Source: Psammoneis japonica
Lineage: Eukaryota
DNA length: 64,000 nt
Direction of reading: 5' to 3'
NCBI GenBank assembly: GCA_008632985.1
Contig: QPGO01000019.1
Location: forward strand, 1 to 64,000
The translations under genes and the position numbers were made by a program. Under the pieces are notes generated by a model. It did not search any database. It was not told where the DNA came from and saw nothing but the letters and a program-made list of their open reading frames with translations. Below are positions 1 through 12,300 of the stretch, piece after piece (position 1 is the first letter of the stretch; every line of letters begins with the position of its first letter).

Positions 1-251
1 ATTTGGTGCGCGCGAAGCATCGCGCGCTGTTTAGTTTACCGTGCACAGTTTTGTGTGCTTTAGTTCCGCGCGTTCACGCGCGATGTAGTTTGCTTTCGAG
101 CCACAAGGCTCACAAGAAAAACAGTAGCCCGATTGTGCCGACTTGCACGTCTTTCGGCTCCTGCAACGGTCTCTGAGCGGAGACTCATCTGCTATTTAGA
201 CAGCAGAAGGAGATTGTTTGAATTCTTGCCATTTGCCTTCATTTTCTGTCA
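1..251 (+). repeat. 5' LTR of copia copy 1 (partial)
   Basis: Matches ~6820-7078; ends in CTGTCA. Confidence 0.95.
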
Positions 252-265
252 GATTAACAGTCTTG
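252..265 (+). promoter_or_regulatory. Putative primer-binding site complementary to a tRNA-Asn(GTT) anticodon arm
   Basis: GATTAACAGTCTTG abuts the LTR; its reverse complement is CAAGA-CT-GTT-AA-TC (stem, loop with GTT anticodon, first two 3' stem bases). Confidence 0.6.
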
Positions 266-1190
266 CTCATTGTCAACCCATTGAGCAACCGCCATCGTCG
301 TCGTTGATTTACCAACGACGCTATTTTAATTCTACGTGGACCTCCGTATATATTCTACATACATCGGCAAGTCTACGCGCATTCAATACCAGGGCATCGG
401 CAGGAAGTTAACGTCACCGTCAAGTCTCCTTACCGCTGGATATCTGGATTGATTATACTACCTTTGATCGCTGAAGACATACATTCAACGGTCACATCCA
501 AGTCTATCCTTGATCCTCATCCCTTGATATACCTATTCATCGGTTAACGGTCAAGAACCCTACATATTCAAAGATCTTCGTCGCTGAAGACATGTGTATA
601 TATACATATCTTCACGGCCAAGAACCTGTACCCACTCTTCGGACTGCGGTTTTGCCACCACTCTACAAGCACACCGAGTCCATTGTACCTGATCTACCCC
701 GGACTACTGGTGCTCTACAGTTCTACTAGGTCCACGAGGACGACTGTGAGAGCAAGCAGCCGTGATTACAGCCTGCGTTGGGGCGAGGGTGCTTTCCCGC
801 GTTTGTTCGTTCGTCCACAGCGCCTGGCGCCTGCGTCAACTGGCCAGCCTGATCGGGAAATCCAACCGACATAAAATAAGAACGGTTCGGGGGTCTTGTC
901 CACCTCTGGTCAGCTTGCCTGCAGGGGTTTGCAACCCGCTGCTCCGCTCGTAAGCAACCCAAAGCGCCACCAGCTGCGGGTTCGGACGTGCCGGCACAAC
1001 TCTACGGACCGGATGGGAAGTTTAGCACTTGACAACGAACGGGATGACAAAGCCCGGCAACTTCTGATTTTAAGATAGTTCAAGATTTCAAGTCAAGTCC
1101 ATTTCAAGTCAAGTCTGTTCTCACCCAAGTTTCGAGTCCACCTTCGCTTCCCAACCAGAATTGATTGTCCTGACACCATTTTTGTCTGCC

Positions 1191-4100
1191 ATGGTTCTCA
1201 CTCGTCAGCAACAAACCGATGGTTTCGAGCACGTGGTTGGAACCGTGCTTGCCCAAGGTGCTGGGAGTCCTCTTCGTTTGGCTTTGGCCCAAGACGGCAT
1301 GGACTCATGTCAGGAACTGTTCACGTTCACACCGTCCCAAATCGACTCGCTTGAGTGCGACAACGGCACTGATGTGGTCCCTTTGCCCCGTGGTCACAAG
1401 AACATGTTAGCAGCACCAGTCAGTCTGTACATTGTCAAAGCACACAAAGGTCTTGACGTTGCCAACGACTCCTCTTTGTTCACGCATGACGAGTTCCTTG
1501 CCTGCCGCCTCAGCCCCGACTGCATGTCTTCTGTGTCCATCGGCAGCTCACCCCTTGCACCTCCACATGTCACCAACCCGACCAAGGCACGCGACCCGGT
1601 GCGGGACTTCAAGCGAGGCATCAAGCGTGATCCCACCGCTTTCACGGCTCTCAAATCCGACAAGCAGTGGCACACTTGGCACACCTCACTTGTGGCACAA
1701 GCCCGTGCCCAAGACGTCGAGTGCATTCTAGACTCGTCGTACAAACCGACCAGCCCCGAAGACAAACTGCTCTTTGCTGAACAGCAAAAGTGCATGTTCG
1801 CCGTCTTCGAACGCATCCTTCTCACCGACAAGGGCAAGGCTCTCATTCGCGAAAATGTGGGGTCTTCTGACGCACAGACCGTCTGCCGCTCCTTGTCTGA
1901 GCACGCGCTTGCCTCCACCCGCGCATCTGTCGAGTCCTCCACCCTGCTCACGTACCTCACCACCGCGCGTCTTGGTGATGGCACTTGGAAAGGTCCGACC
2001 CACGGGTTCATCCTTCATTGGCAAGATCAGTTGCGCAAGTGCGAGGCACTCATCCCGGCCAGTGACCACTTCTCTGAAGGACAGAAGCGCGTCATGCTCG
2101 AGAATGCCGTGCACCCTGTCGAGGAACTCCGTGCTGTCAAGAACCAAGCTGATCAGCATCGTACGCAGAGTGGCAAGAGCCTCACATACGATCAATGCTG
2201 TGGCTTGCTCCTCTCCGCGGCAGCTCAGTGCGACAGCACGTTTCAACCCAAGACGACACCTCGAGCTCCCCGACGCGCCACATGCGCACACGACGTCTGC
2301 TCCGAGGAACCGTCCGACGATGTGTTCTACGACATTGACAGCGACGTTGACGTCCTTCAAGCCAATGCTGCCGCACCCGCGGTCCCAGCCTCACCGGTGT
2401 CCAATGGAGACGTCTCCCTCCCGACCACCAACGGCTCTGGGATTCGTTGCCCGATTCCTCCAAGGCGATCATCCTTGAGCATTCTCGTCCACCTCCCCGC
2501 AACCCGCGAGCCAGCAACTGCCATGAGTCTGTTACGGCCAACCTTCACGACCAACGCCTTGGGAGTGACGGTGATGTCACTTGTCCAACACGACTCCTGC
2601 TGACTCTGGTGACTCCGCCCACATGTGGACGCCACTTCGGATAATCCCATCCTGGCGCACCTCACCAAGCGCAAGCCACTGCCACCCGGTGATCTGCAAC
2701 GTCTGTTGTCTCCTAACCAAGCCCCCAATGCCAGTCGACCGGGGCCATCCGCCGCTTCCTCTACCCCGCCAGCTTCTGCAGATAACACAGAACTTGGTGG
2801 CCGCACTTGCCGCCGCGTTAACAACCACAATGTCATTTGCTCTGCCTCTGCTCATCGATCCACACGCACTGGCGCTCTAGTCGATCGTGGGGCCAACGGC
2901 AGCATTGCTGGCGACGACGTTCGCGTCATTGCACGCACCTCTCGCCAAGTCGACGTTCAGGGCATTGACGATCATCAATTGGTGGACATCCCCATTGTCA
3001 CCGCTGGTGCCGTTGTTGAGACCCAGCGTGGTCCCGTCATCGCCATCCTCCATCAGCGCGCATGCACGGGAAAGGGCAAGACCATCCATTCCTGCGGCCA
3101 GCTTGAATGGTGCAAACAGGATGTCAACGATCGCTCTGTCAAGGTGCCCAACGGCTTGCAACGCATTGCCACTCCTGATGGCTGTGTCATCCCCATTGAC
3201 ATCAAGGCTGGCCTGCCTCATGTTGCCATGCGACCTTACACTGACGCCGAATGGGACACCCTGCCCCATGTCATCCTCACCGGTGATGACACATGGGACC
3301 CTTCCGTCCTCGATCACTCTGTCACTGACGACGACCAGTGGTGCGACGCGATCTCTGACCTGCAGGACGATCCCACTGCCAACCTGTTTGACGAATGCGG
3401 CAACTGCCGTCATCGTGTCGTTGTCAACGAGACCATCTTGTCCGCTTCCTTGTCTGCCGATCACGCGTCCGCCCTCGATGATCACCTCATTCCGAACGAC
3501 GACGTGTTCTGCGAGTGTCATCTGCATGCGATTGCCCCCCAGGGCGATGACGTTCCACCTCCGGAGCGCACTGTACAGCCCAAGGACCCCCCCTTCGAGT
3601 CTCTTCGGCCTCACTTTGGCTTCCTACCTGCCGATGCGGTCCGTCGTACTTTTGACTGCACCACGCAGTACGCCCGCATGCCCGCCGGACACACCTTCGC
3701 AAGGCCTCAAATCACCCAACCCCGCCCTTAATGTGCACCGCCGCAACGAGCCTGTCGCCACTGACACCGTTTGTGCCGACACCCCGGCCGTCGACTCTGG
3801 TTGCACCAGCGCCCAACTGTTTGTTGGCACCGAGTCTACCGTCACTGACGTCTGCGGCACTGAGACGGACAAAGAGTTTGTCAACACACTCGAGGATCAG
3901 ATCCGTGCACGTGGTGCCCCGTCCAAACTCATTGGCGACCGTGCTCAAGTTGAGATCAGCAACAAAGTGCTCGGGATCCTGCGCGCCCTCTTCATCTCTA
4001 GCTGGCAAAGTGAGCCTCACCAGCAACACCAAAACTTTGCCGAGCGTCGACACCAGACCGTGAAGCGCATGGCGAACACTGTCATGGATCGTTTTGGTTC

Positions 4101-6854
4101 GCCCGCCCACACATGGCTGCTGGCGCTCATGTACGTGTGCTTCACACTCAACCACACAGCGTCCCCACGTCTCCACTGGCGCACGCCCCTCGAGACTCTC
4201 ACTGGCTCCACCCCGGACATCAGCCCATTGCTTCGCTTTCACTGGTGGGAACCCGTGTGCTTCCACCTCGATGACTCCGATTGGCCGTCTGAATCCCGTG
4301 AGTTGCGTGGACGCTTCGTTGGCATTGCTGAGCACGTCGGCCACCAGATGACCTTCAAGATTCTATCTGACGAGACTCAGAAGATCCTCCACCGGTCCAA
4401 CGTCCGCTCCGCTACCCCCGATCCTGCCGTTCGAAACCTGCGTCTTGATCCTCCTGATGGGGAGCCACCTGAACCCATCATCAAATCTCGCCATGACGAC
4501 AACCCCGTCGACTCTCCTGATGGGGAGATCAGGACACCCAAGATGCCAGTTTTCGATCCGCAAGACATCATTGGACGTACCTTCCTCATGCAGCCACAAG
4601 AGGACGGACAACGCCACAGAGCTCGCATCGTCAAGGCCGTCGAAGACCACGAATGGAAAGTGAACGGCAATCCCGAGCTCACTAAGTTCGTCTGCTCTGT
4701 CAACAATGACGAATACGAGGAAGTCCTTGCCTGCAATGACATCATGAATCACATTGAGCAAGAAGACGAAGACACCACTGTTTGGAAATTTCGACGCATC
4801 GTGTCACACGAAGGACCTCTGAAGCCTCACGACCCAACCTGGAAAGGCTCCAGCTACAACATCATGCTTGAATGGGAAAGTGGGGAGATCACGTCCGAGC
4901 CTCTTGCCATCATCGCCAAGGACGACCCCGTCACCTGTGCCATCTATGCACGAGAGAACGGACTCCTCGACACGGATGGCTGGAAGCGGTTCCGCACCAT
5001 CGCGAGGCGCCAAAAGAAGCCATTTCGCATGGCCAACCAAGCCAAGCTTCGCTCCTTCCGCACTGCACCCCGCTACAAGCATGGATGCGAAGTTCCCCGC
5101 AACTACAAACACGCCATGTCACTAGACGAACGCAACGGCAACCGCAAGTGGGGAGACGCAACCAATCTCGAGATGGACCAACTCGACGAATACGAAGTCT
5201 TCCATGACTGCGGGCCCTTCAAGTCTTCCACTCCTCCTGCGGGACACAAGAAGATCCGAGTGCACCTAGTGTGCGATGTGAAACACGACGGTCGCCACAA
5301 GGCACGACTCGTAGCCGACGGGCACCTCACGGACGTACCTGTCGACAGTGTCCACTCCGGAGTAGTCTCCCTCCGTGGCCTTCGGCTGATGATTTTCCTG
5401 GCCGAACTCAACGAGTTGGAGACATGGGCCACCGACATTGGCAATGCCTACCTTGAAGCCACCACCAAGGAGAAGCTTTACATTGTAGCTGGACCCGAGT
5501 TCGGCAAACTCGAAGGACACATCCTTGTCATCCACAAGGCACTGTGTGGACTGCGCAGCTCCGGTCTCCGCTGGCACGAGCGCTTCGCCGACTGCCTGCG
5601 AGCTGAAGGCTTCTTCCCCTGCCGCGCCGAACCCGACATTTGGATGCGCAGGAACGGCGACCACTATGAATGCATTGCCGTTTATGTGGATGACCTCGCC
5701 ATTGCCATGAAGGACCCTCAATCTTTCGTCGACACTCTCACGGAAAAGCACAAGTTCAAGCTCAAGGGTGCGGGACCCATTGAGTTCCATCTGGGTTGCG
5801 ACTTTTCCCGGGAACCCGACGGAACCTTGTGCCTGTCTCCGCGCAAGTACATCGAGCGCATGGTCGACAGCTGTGCCCAACTGTTTGGGGAGAAACCTGC
5901 CACCAACGCCCTGTCACCTCTAGAGAAGGGTGACCACCCCGAACTGGACACTTCCGAACTGCTGGGACCCGATGGCATTCACAAGTTCCAGTCTCTTGTT
6001 GGTTCACTCCAATGGGCAGTGTCCTTGGTCGAATTGACATTGCCACGGCCGTCATGTCACTCTCTAGCTTCTGAGCTGCGCCCCGTCAAGGCCACTTGGA
6101 TCGTGCCAAATGCGTCTGTGGGTGCCTCTCCAAGATGCGACACGGTGCTCTCCGCGTTCGTACGGAAGAGCCCGACCATTCGGATCTCCCTGCTCCGGCC
6201 TGTGAATGGATGCATTCCGTGTATGGTGAAGCAGAAGAGATGATCCCGAAGGACGCTCCACCGCCCCTTGGCAAGTTCGTCACTGCCACCCACTGCGTCG
6301 ATGCAAACTTGCACCATTGCATGCTCACCGGACGCTCTGTCATGGGAATGCTCCACTTCCTCAACAAATTCCCGGCTGATTGGTTCTCTAAGAAACAAGC
6401 CACCGTGGAGACTGCGACCTACGGGTCTGAATTTGTTGCCGCAAGGACTTGTGTTGAGCAGATTGTCGACCTGCGCATCACCCTGTGCCACCTTGGCGTC
6501 CCGATCCGCAACGTTAGCCACATGTTCGGTGACAACAAGTCGGTTGTAGACAGTGCCACCATCCCGCACTCCAAGTTACACAAGCGACACACCGCACTGT
6601 CGTTCCACCGTGTGCGTGAGGCAATTGCCTCTGGTTGCCTTGAGTTCCACTTCATCGAAGGCTCCCGCAACCCTGCTGACATTCTCAGCAAGCATTGGGG
6701 TCACTCCCAAATCTGGGACCTTCTCCGCCCCCTCATGTTCTGGAACTTCATTCCATCCGAAGTCGAATCTGTTTCTGTGGCTCCTCAAGCAAACTGGGGA
6801 GTGACAGGATTTGAACAGGATTTGGGTGCGCGCGAAGTATCGCGCGCTGTTTAG
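1191..6854 (+). pseudogene. Copia gag-pol polyprotein, copy 1, several frameshifts
   Basis: ORF pieces 1161-2603, 2625-3731, 2887-6243 and 6096-6854 are collinear with the single-frame copy 2. Confidence 0.92.
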
Positions 6855-7078
6855 TTTGCCGTGCACAGTTTTGTGTGCTTTAGTTCCGCGCGTTCACGCA
6901 CGATGTAGTTTGCTTTCGAGCCACAAGGCTCACAAGAACAACAACAGTGGCCCGATTGTGCCGACTTGCACGTCTTTCGGCTCCTGTGACGGTCTCTGAG
7001 CGGAGACTCATCTGCCATTTAGACAGCAGTAAGGAGTTGTTGTTTGAATTCTTGCCATTTGCCTTCATTTTTCTGTCA
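6802..7078 (+). repeat. 3' LTR of copia copy 1 (277 bp)
   Basis: TGACAG...CTGTCA termini; follows the polypurine tract. Confidence 0.96.
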
Positions 7079-8277
7079 ACAGCATTCTTGGTTCATCAAG
7101 CGATGCGTAAGAAGCATCTCAGTGCACAATGAAGTGTTGCGAGAACACTCGGTTCACAATGTTGAGTGTGAAGTCATTGATCACCGTGGTTGTGATGATG
7201 GGGTGGCTTTGTCACTGAAGCATGGAAAGGAACAATTAAAGCCAGTGAAGGTTGGAAAGACTGAACATGTGAGTTGATCCGATTCGAGCTGTTCTGCTCT
7301 CACTTCTGTTTCCATCTCTCTCATTGCTCCTTGTCCTTTTCAGTCTTTCAATTTGGATGTGATTCATGTTGGACTTGCAGCGAGACAGGCTGTTGGTCTT
7401 GGTTGCGGATCATGCACGTAAAGTCTGTAAGAATGGTGCCGTGCATGGGTGCGCATTCTTGAGTGTCAAGTGTCTGTCTGTCATCATGATCGCACAGTGG
7501 AATGCGCGATTTTTGCAGAGCATTCACTCATGAATGTCGCTGCATCTTCGCAATTCAAAAATCCCGCCGCCACCAAAGATTGCGTTGTTTCTACGCCCAT
7601 TGGTGCGGACCCAATCATGGTGTGTTTTTCTACAAGATCTTCTGCGGCATCCATTTGGCCAACACAACAAGACGCACTGCACAACACCACCATTGTCATC
7701 GCTCTCAACACCCTCTTGAACCTCTCCAGGGGATGTTGACACTCAACATCCACATCAGTGTTGTCTTCGTTACAATCTTCTGCTTCGTGGCAGCTCGTCT
7801 CGACCCAAGTTGCTTTCCTGCATTCCATGAGTGAGGCGTCACTGCCCCACCAAAGAACCGCAATTCCGCGGATGTGTCAATCCATGCAACGAGTGACGTG
7901 CCAGTTGTTGGTGCTGCAAGTGTGGCTGCATGTGCATTGCATTGCATCATGCTGTCATGGCAGACTCATGATGCATCTCGCATCATCATCTCCATTGTAC
8001 ATTTGAATCAGTCCATTGCCGGCAACACCTTCCACCACTGCACAAAAGCCCCTGCCACTGTTGCGTGTGGATCCGCAAGACAAGCAGCAACACAAAAGGT
8101 CCCACCACAATGACGGTTGCTTGAGCCATGTCCTCGAGTGCCGAGATTTCATCTGACCATGGTGGTGGCATCAATGGCCTCGTAGAACCTCAGCCGAACA
8201 AGCTCGTGACGCAGAACAAATCCATCCAAGCTCTGCGCATGTCAAGGAAATGTGTCGGCAAGTTGGAGGAGGACACA

Positions 8278-8634
8278 ATGACAGAGTCCAGGTAGAGTGG
8301 TTCCCTTTTGAGCAACGAGGATGATGATGACATTGAAAGCGAAAAGCTGTTGATGGATGAGGACTTTGTGTTTGACTTTGAAGACAACTTTGATGCCACG
8401 GATGCCACGGATTCGTCAAGGTGATTGGATGGATGCAATGAGAGTGACATTGCAGAGGCGGATTCAATGACAGAGTCCAGGCAGAGTGGTTCCCTTTTGA
8501 GCAACGAAGATGATGATGACATTGAAAGCGAAAAGCTGTTGACAGATGAGGACTTTGTACTTGACTTTGAAGACAACTTTGATGCCACGGATTCGTCAAG
8601 GCAATTGGATGGTTGCAATGAGAATGACATTGCT
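8278..8634 (+). repeat. Tandem duplication, period 189 bp, encoding an acidic peptide
   Basis: ATGACAGAGTCCAGG...GACATTGC at 8278 and 8467; period is a multiple of 3. Confidence 0.85.
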
Positions 8635-9033
8635 GAACTTGTCGTGAAGTTCAGAGATGCTGCCGACAAAAGCAAAGCTGCACATGAACTTTTCAGCCTT
8701 GAAGAAGAACCACTCCAAGACACAACATCAAGGAAACCAACAAAGAAAAGGAAACGAGCAAGAGGTCATCAAGACGCCAAATCGAAGTTGAAGAAGCGTC
8801 GTCGGCGCACTGGGAAACCTGCTGCATCAAAAGCTCCCCCCAAAAAGGTGAGTTTGTTTGCACTCAAATTATGATGATCTTGGTTTACAACTGGCGCTCA
8901 CTTTTGGCTTCTCCAGTTGTCGCAAATGACTCCATCTAGGTTGAAGACAAAGGCCAATCAACAACAAGAAATGCTCGTGAATGTCGAGTTGCCACCAAGT
9001 CTCAACCTGGAGGCATCTCCAAGAGAAGCGATC

Positions 9034-9309
9034 TGACAGAAATTGAAGGCAAATGGCAAGAATTCAAACAATGACTCCTTGCTGCTGTCTAAACAGCAGA
9101 TGAGTCTCCGCTCAGAGACCGCCACAGGAGCCGAAAGACGTGCAAGTCGGTACAATCGGGCTGCTGTTGTCATTCTTGTGAGCCTTGTGGCTCGAAAGCA
9201 AACTACATCGTCCTCGAACGCGCGGAACTGAAGCACACAAAACTGTGCGCGGCAAACTAAACAGCGCGCGACATTTCACGCGCACCCAAATCCTGCTCAA
9301 ATCCTGTCA
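9034..9309 (-). repeat. 3' LTR of copia copy 2 (276 bp)
   Basis: TGACAG/CTGTCA termini; adjacent CTCCCCAG is the reverse complement of the PPT. Confidence 0.96.
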
Positions 9310-12300
9310 CTCCCCAGCTTGCTTGAGGAGTCACAGAAACAGATTCGACTTCGGATGGAATGAAGTTCCAGAACATGAGGGGGCGGAGAAGGTCCCAGAT
9401 TTGGGAGTGACCCCAATGCTTGCTGAGAATGTCAGCAGGGTTGCGGGAGCCTTCGATGAAGTGGAACTCAAGGCAACCAGAGGCAATTGCCTCACGCACA
9501 TGGTGGAATGATGGTGCGGTGTGTCGCTTGTGTGACTTGGAGTGCGGGATGGTGGCACTGGCTACAACCGACTTGTTGTCACCGAACATGTAACTGACAT
9601 TGCGGATCGGGACGCCAAGGCAGTGCAGGGTGATGTGCAGGTCGACAATCTGCTCAACACAAGTCCTTGCGGCAACAAATTCAGACCCGCAGGTCGCAGT
9701 CTCCACGGTGGCTTGCTTCTCAGAGAACCAATCAGCCAGGAATTTGTTGAGGAAGTGGAGCATTCCCATGACAGAGCATCCGGTGAGCATGCAATGGCAC
9801 AAGTTTGCATCGATGCAGTGGGTGGCAGTGACGAACTTGCCAAGGGGCGGTGGAGCATCCTTTGGGATCATCTCTTCTGCTTCGCCGCACACGGAATGCA
9901 TCCATTCATGGGCCGGAGCAGGGAGATCCGAACGGTCGGGCTCTTCCGTGCGAACGCGGAGAGTGCCTTGTCACATCTTGGAGAGGCACCCACAGACACG
10001 TTTGGCACGATCCAAGTGGCCTTGACGGGGCGCAGCTCGGAAGCTAGAGAGTGACATGATGGCCGTGGCAATGTCAATTCGACCAAGGGACACTGCCCAT
10101 TGGAGTGAACCAACAAGAGACTGGAACTTGTGAATGCCATCGGGCTCCAGCAGTTCGGAAGTGTCCAGTTCGGGGTGGTCACCCTTCTCTAGAGGTGACA
10201 GGGCGTTGGTGGCAGGTTTCTCCCCAAACAGTCGGGTGCAGCTGTCGACCATGCGCTCGATGTACTTGCGCGGAGACAGGCACAAGGTGCCGTCGGGGTC
10301 CCGGGAAAAGTCGCAACCCAGATGGAACTCAATGGGTCCCACACCCTTGAGCTTGAACTTGCACTTTTCCGTGAGAGCATTGACGAAAGATTGAGGGTCC
10401 TTCACAGCAATGGCGAGGTCATCCACATAAACGGCAATGTGTTCACAGTGGTCGCCGTTCCTGCGCATCCAAATGTCGGGTTCGGCGCGGCAGGGGAAGA
10501 AGCCTTCAGCTCGCAGGCAGTTGGCGAAGCACTCATGCCAGCGGAGACCGGAGCTGCGCAGTCCATGCAGGGCCTTGTGGATGACAAGGATGTGTCCTTC
10601 GAGTTTGCCAAATTCGGGTCCGGCTGCAATGTAGAGCTTCTCCTTGGTGGTGGCTTCAAGGCAGGCATTGCCAATGTCGGTGGCCCATGTCTCCAACTCG
10701 TTGAGTTTGGCCAGGAAAATCATCAGCCGAAGGCCACGGAGGGAGACTGCTCCGGAGCAGACACTGTCGATGGGCACGTCCGTGAGGTGCCCATCGGCTG
10801 TGAGTCGTGCCTTGTGGCGACCGTCGTGTTTCACGTCGTGCACTGGGTGCACTCGGATCTTCTTGTGTCCAGCAGGAGGAGTGGAAGACTCGAAGGGCCC
10901 GCAGTCATGGAAGACTTCGCATTCCCCGAGTTGGTCCATCTCGAGATTAGTTGCGTCTCCCCATTTGCGGTTGCCGTTGCGTTCGTCTGGTGACATGGCG
11001 TGTTTGTAGTTCCGGGGAACTTTGCACCCGCACTTGCAGCGAGGTGCAGTGCGGAAGGAGCAAAGCTTGGCTTGGTTGGCCATGCGAAATGGCTTCTTCT
11101 GGCGCCTCGCGATGGTGCGGAACCGCTTCCAGCCATCAGTGTCGAGAAGTCCGTTCTCTCGTGCACAGATGGCGCAGGTGACGGGGTCGTCCTTGGCGAT
11201 GATGGAAAGAGGCTCGGACGTGATCTCCCCACTTTCCCATTCAAGTGTGATGTTGCAGCTTGAGCCTTTCCAGGTTGGGTCATGAGGCTTCAGAGGTCCT
11301 TCGTGTGACACGATGCGTCGAAATTTCCAAACAGCAGTGTCTTCGTCTTCTTGCTCAATGTGATTCATGATGTCGTTGCAGGCAAGGACTTCCTCACATT
11401 CGTCGTTGTTGACAGAGCAGACGAACTCAGTGAGCTCGGGATTGCCGTTCACTTTCCATTCGTGGTCTTCGACGGCCTTGACAATGCGAGCTCTGTGGCG
11501 TTGTCCGTCCTCTTGTGGCTGCATGAGGAAGGTGCGTCCGATGATGTCTTGCGGATCGAAAACTGGCATCTTGGGTGTCCTGATCTCCCCATCAGGAGAA
11601 TCGATGGGGTTGTCGTCATGGCGAGATTTGATGATGGGTTCAGGTGGCTCCCCATCAGGAGGATCAAGACGCAGGTTTCGAACGGCAGGATTGGTGGCAG
11701 CAGATCATACGTTGGACCGGCAGAGGATCTTCTGAGTCTCATCAGAGAGAATCTTGAAGGTCATCTGGTGGCCGACGTGCTCAGCAATGCCAACAAAGCG
11801 TCCACGCAACTCACGGGATTCGGGCGGCCAATCGGAGTCATTGAGGTGGAAGCACACGGGTTCCCACCAGTGAAAGCGAAGCAATGGGCTGATGTCCGGG
11901 GTGGAGCCAGTGAGAGTCTCGAGGGGCCTGTGCCAGTGGAGATGTGGGGACGCTGTGTGGTTGAGCACGAAGCACACGCACATGAGCGCCAGCAGCCATG
12001 TGTGGGCAGGCGAACCGAAACGATCCATGACAGTGTTCGCCATGCACTTCACGGTCTGGTGTCGACGCTCGGCAAAGTTTTGGTGTTGCTGGTGAGGCTC
12101 ACTTTGCCAGCTGGAGATGAAGAGGGCTCGTAGAATCCCGAGCACCTTGTTGCTGATCTCAACTTGAGCACGGTCGCCAATGAGTTTGGATGGGGCACCA
12201 CGCTCACGGATCTGATCCTTGAGTGTGTTGACAAACTCCTTGTCCGTCTTGACGGTAGACTCGGTGCCAACAAACAGTTGGGCGCTGGTGCAACCAGAGT

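Larger units (their letters stand above)
1..7078 (+). mobile_element. Ty1/copia LTR retrotransposon (CoDi-like), copy 1; 5' LTR truncated by the window edge; gag-pol frameshifted
   Basis: Paired LTRs (1-251, 6802-7078). Pol order is protease (ALVDRGANG), integrase (SEPHQQHQNFAE), RT (DVKHDGRHKARLVA, DIGNAYL, YVDD), RNase H (VETATYGSEF, GDNKSV, NPADILSK). Purine-rich tract AAACTGGGGAG precedes the 3' LTR. Confidence 0.97.
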
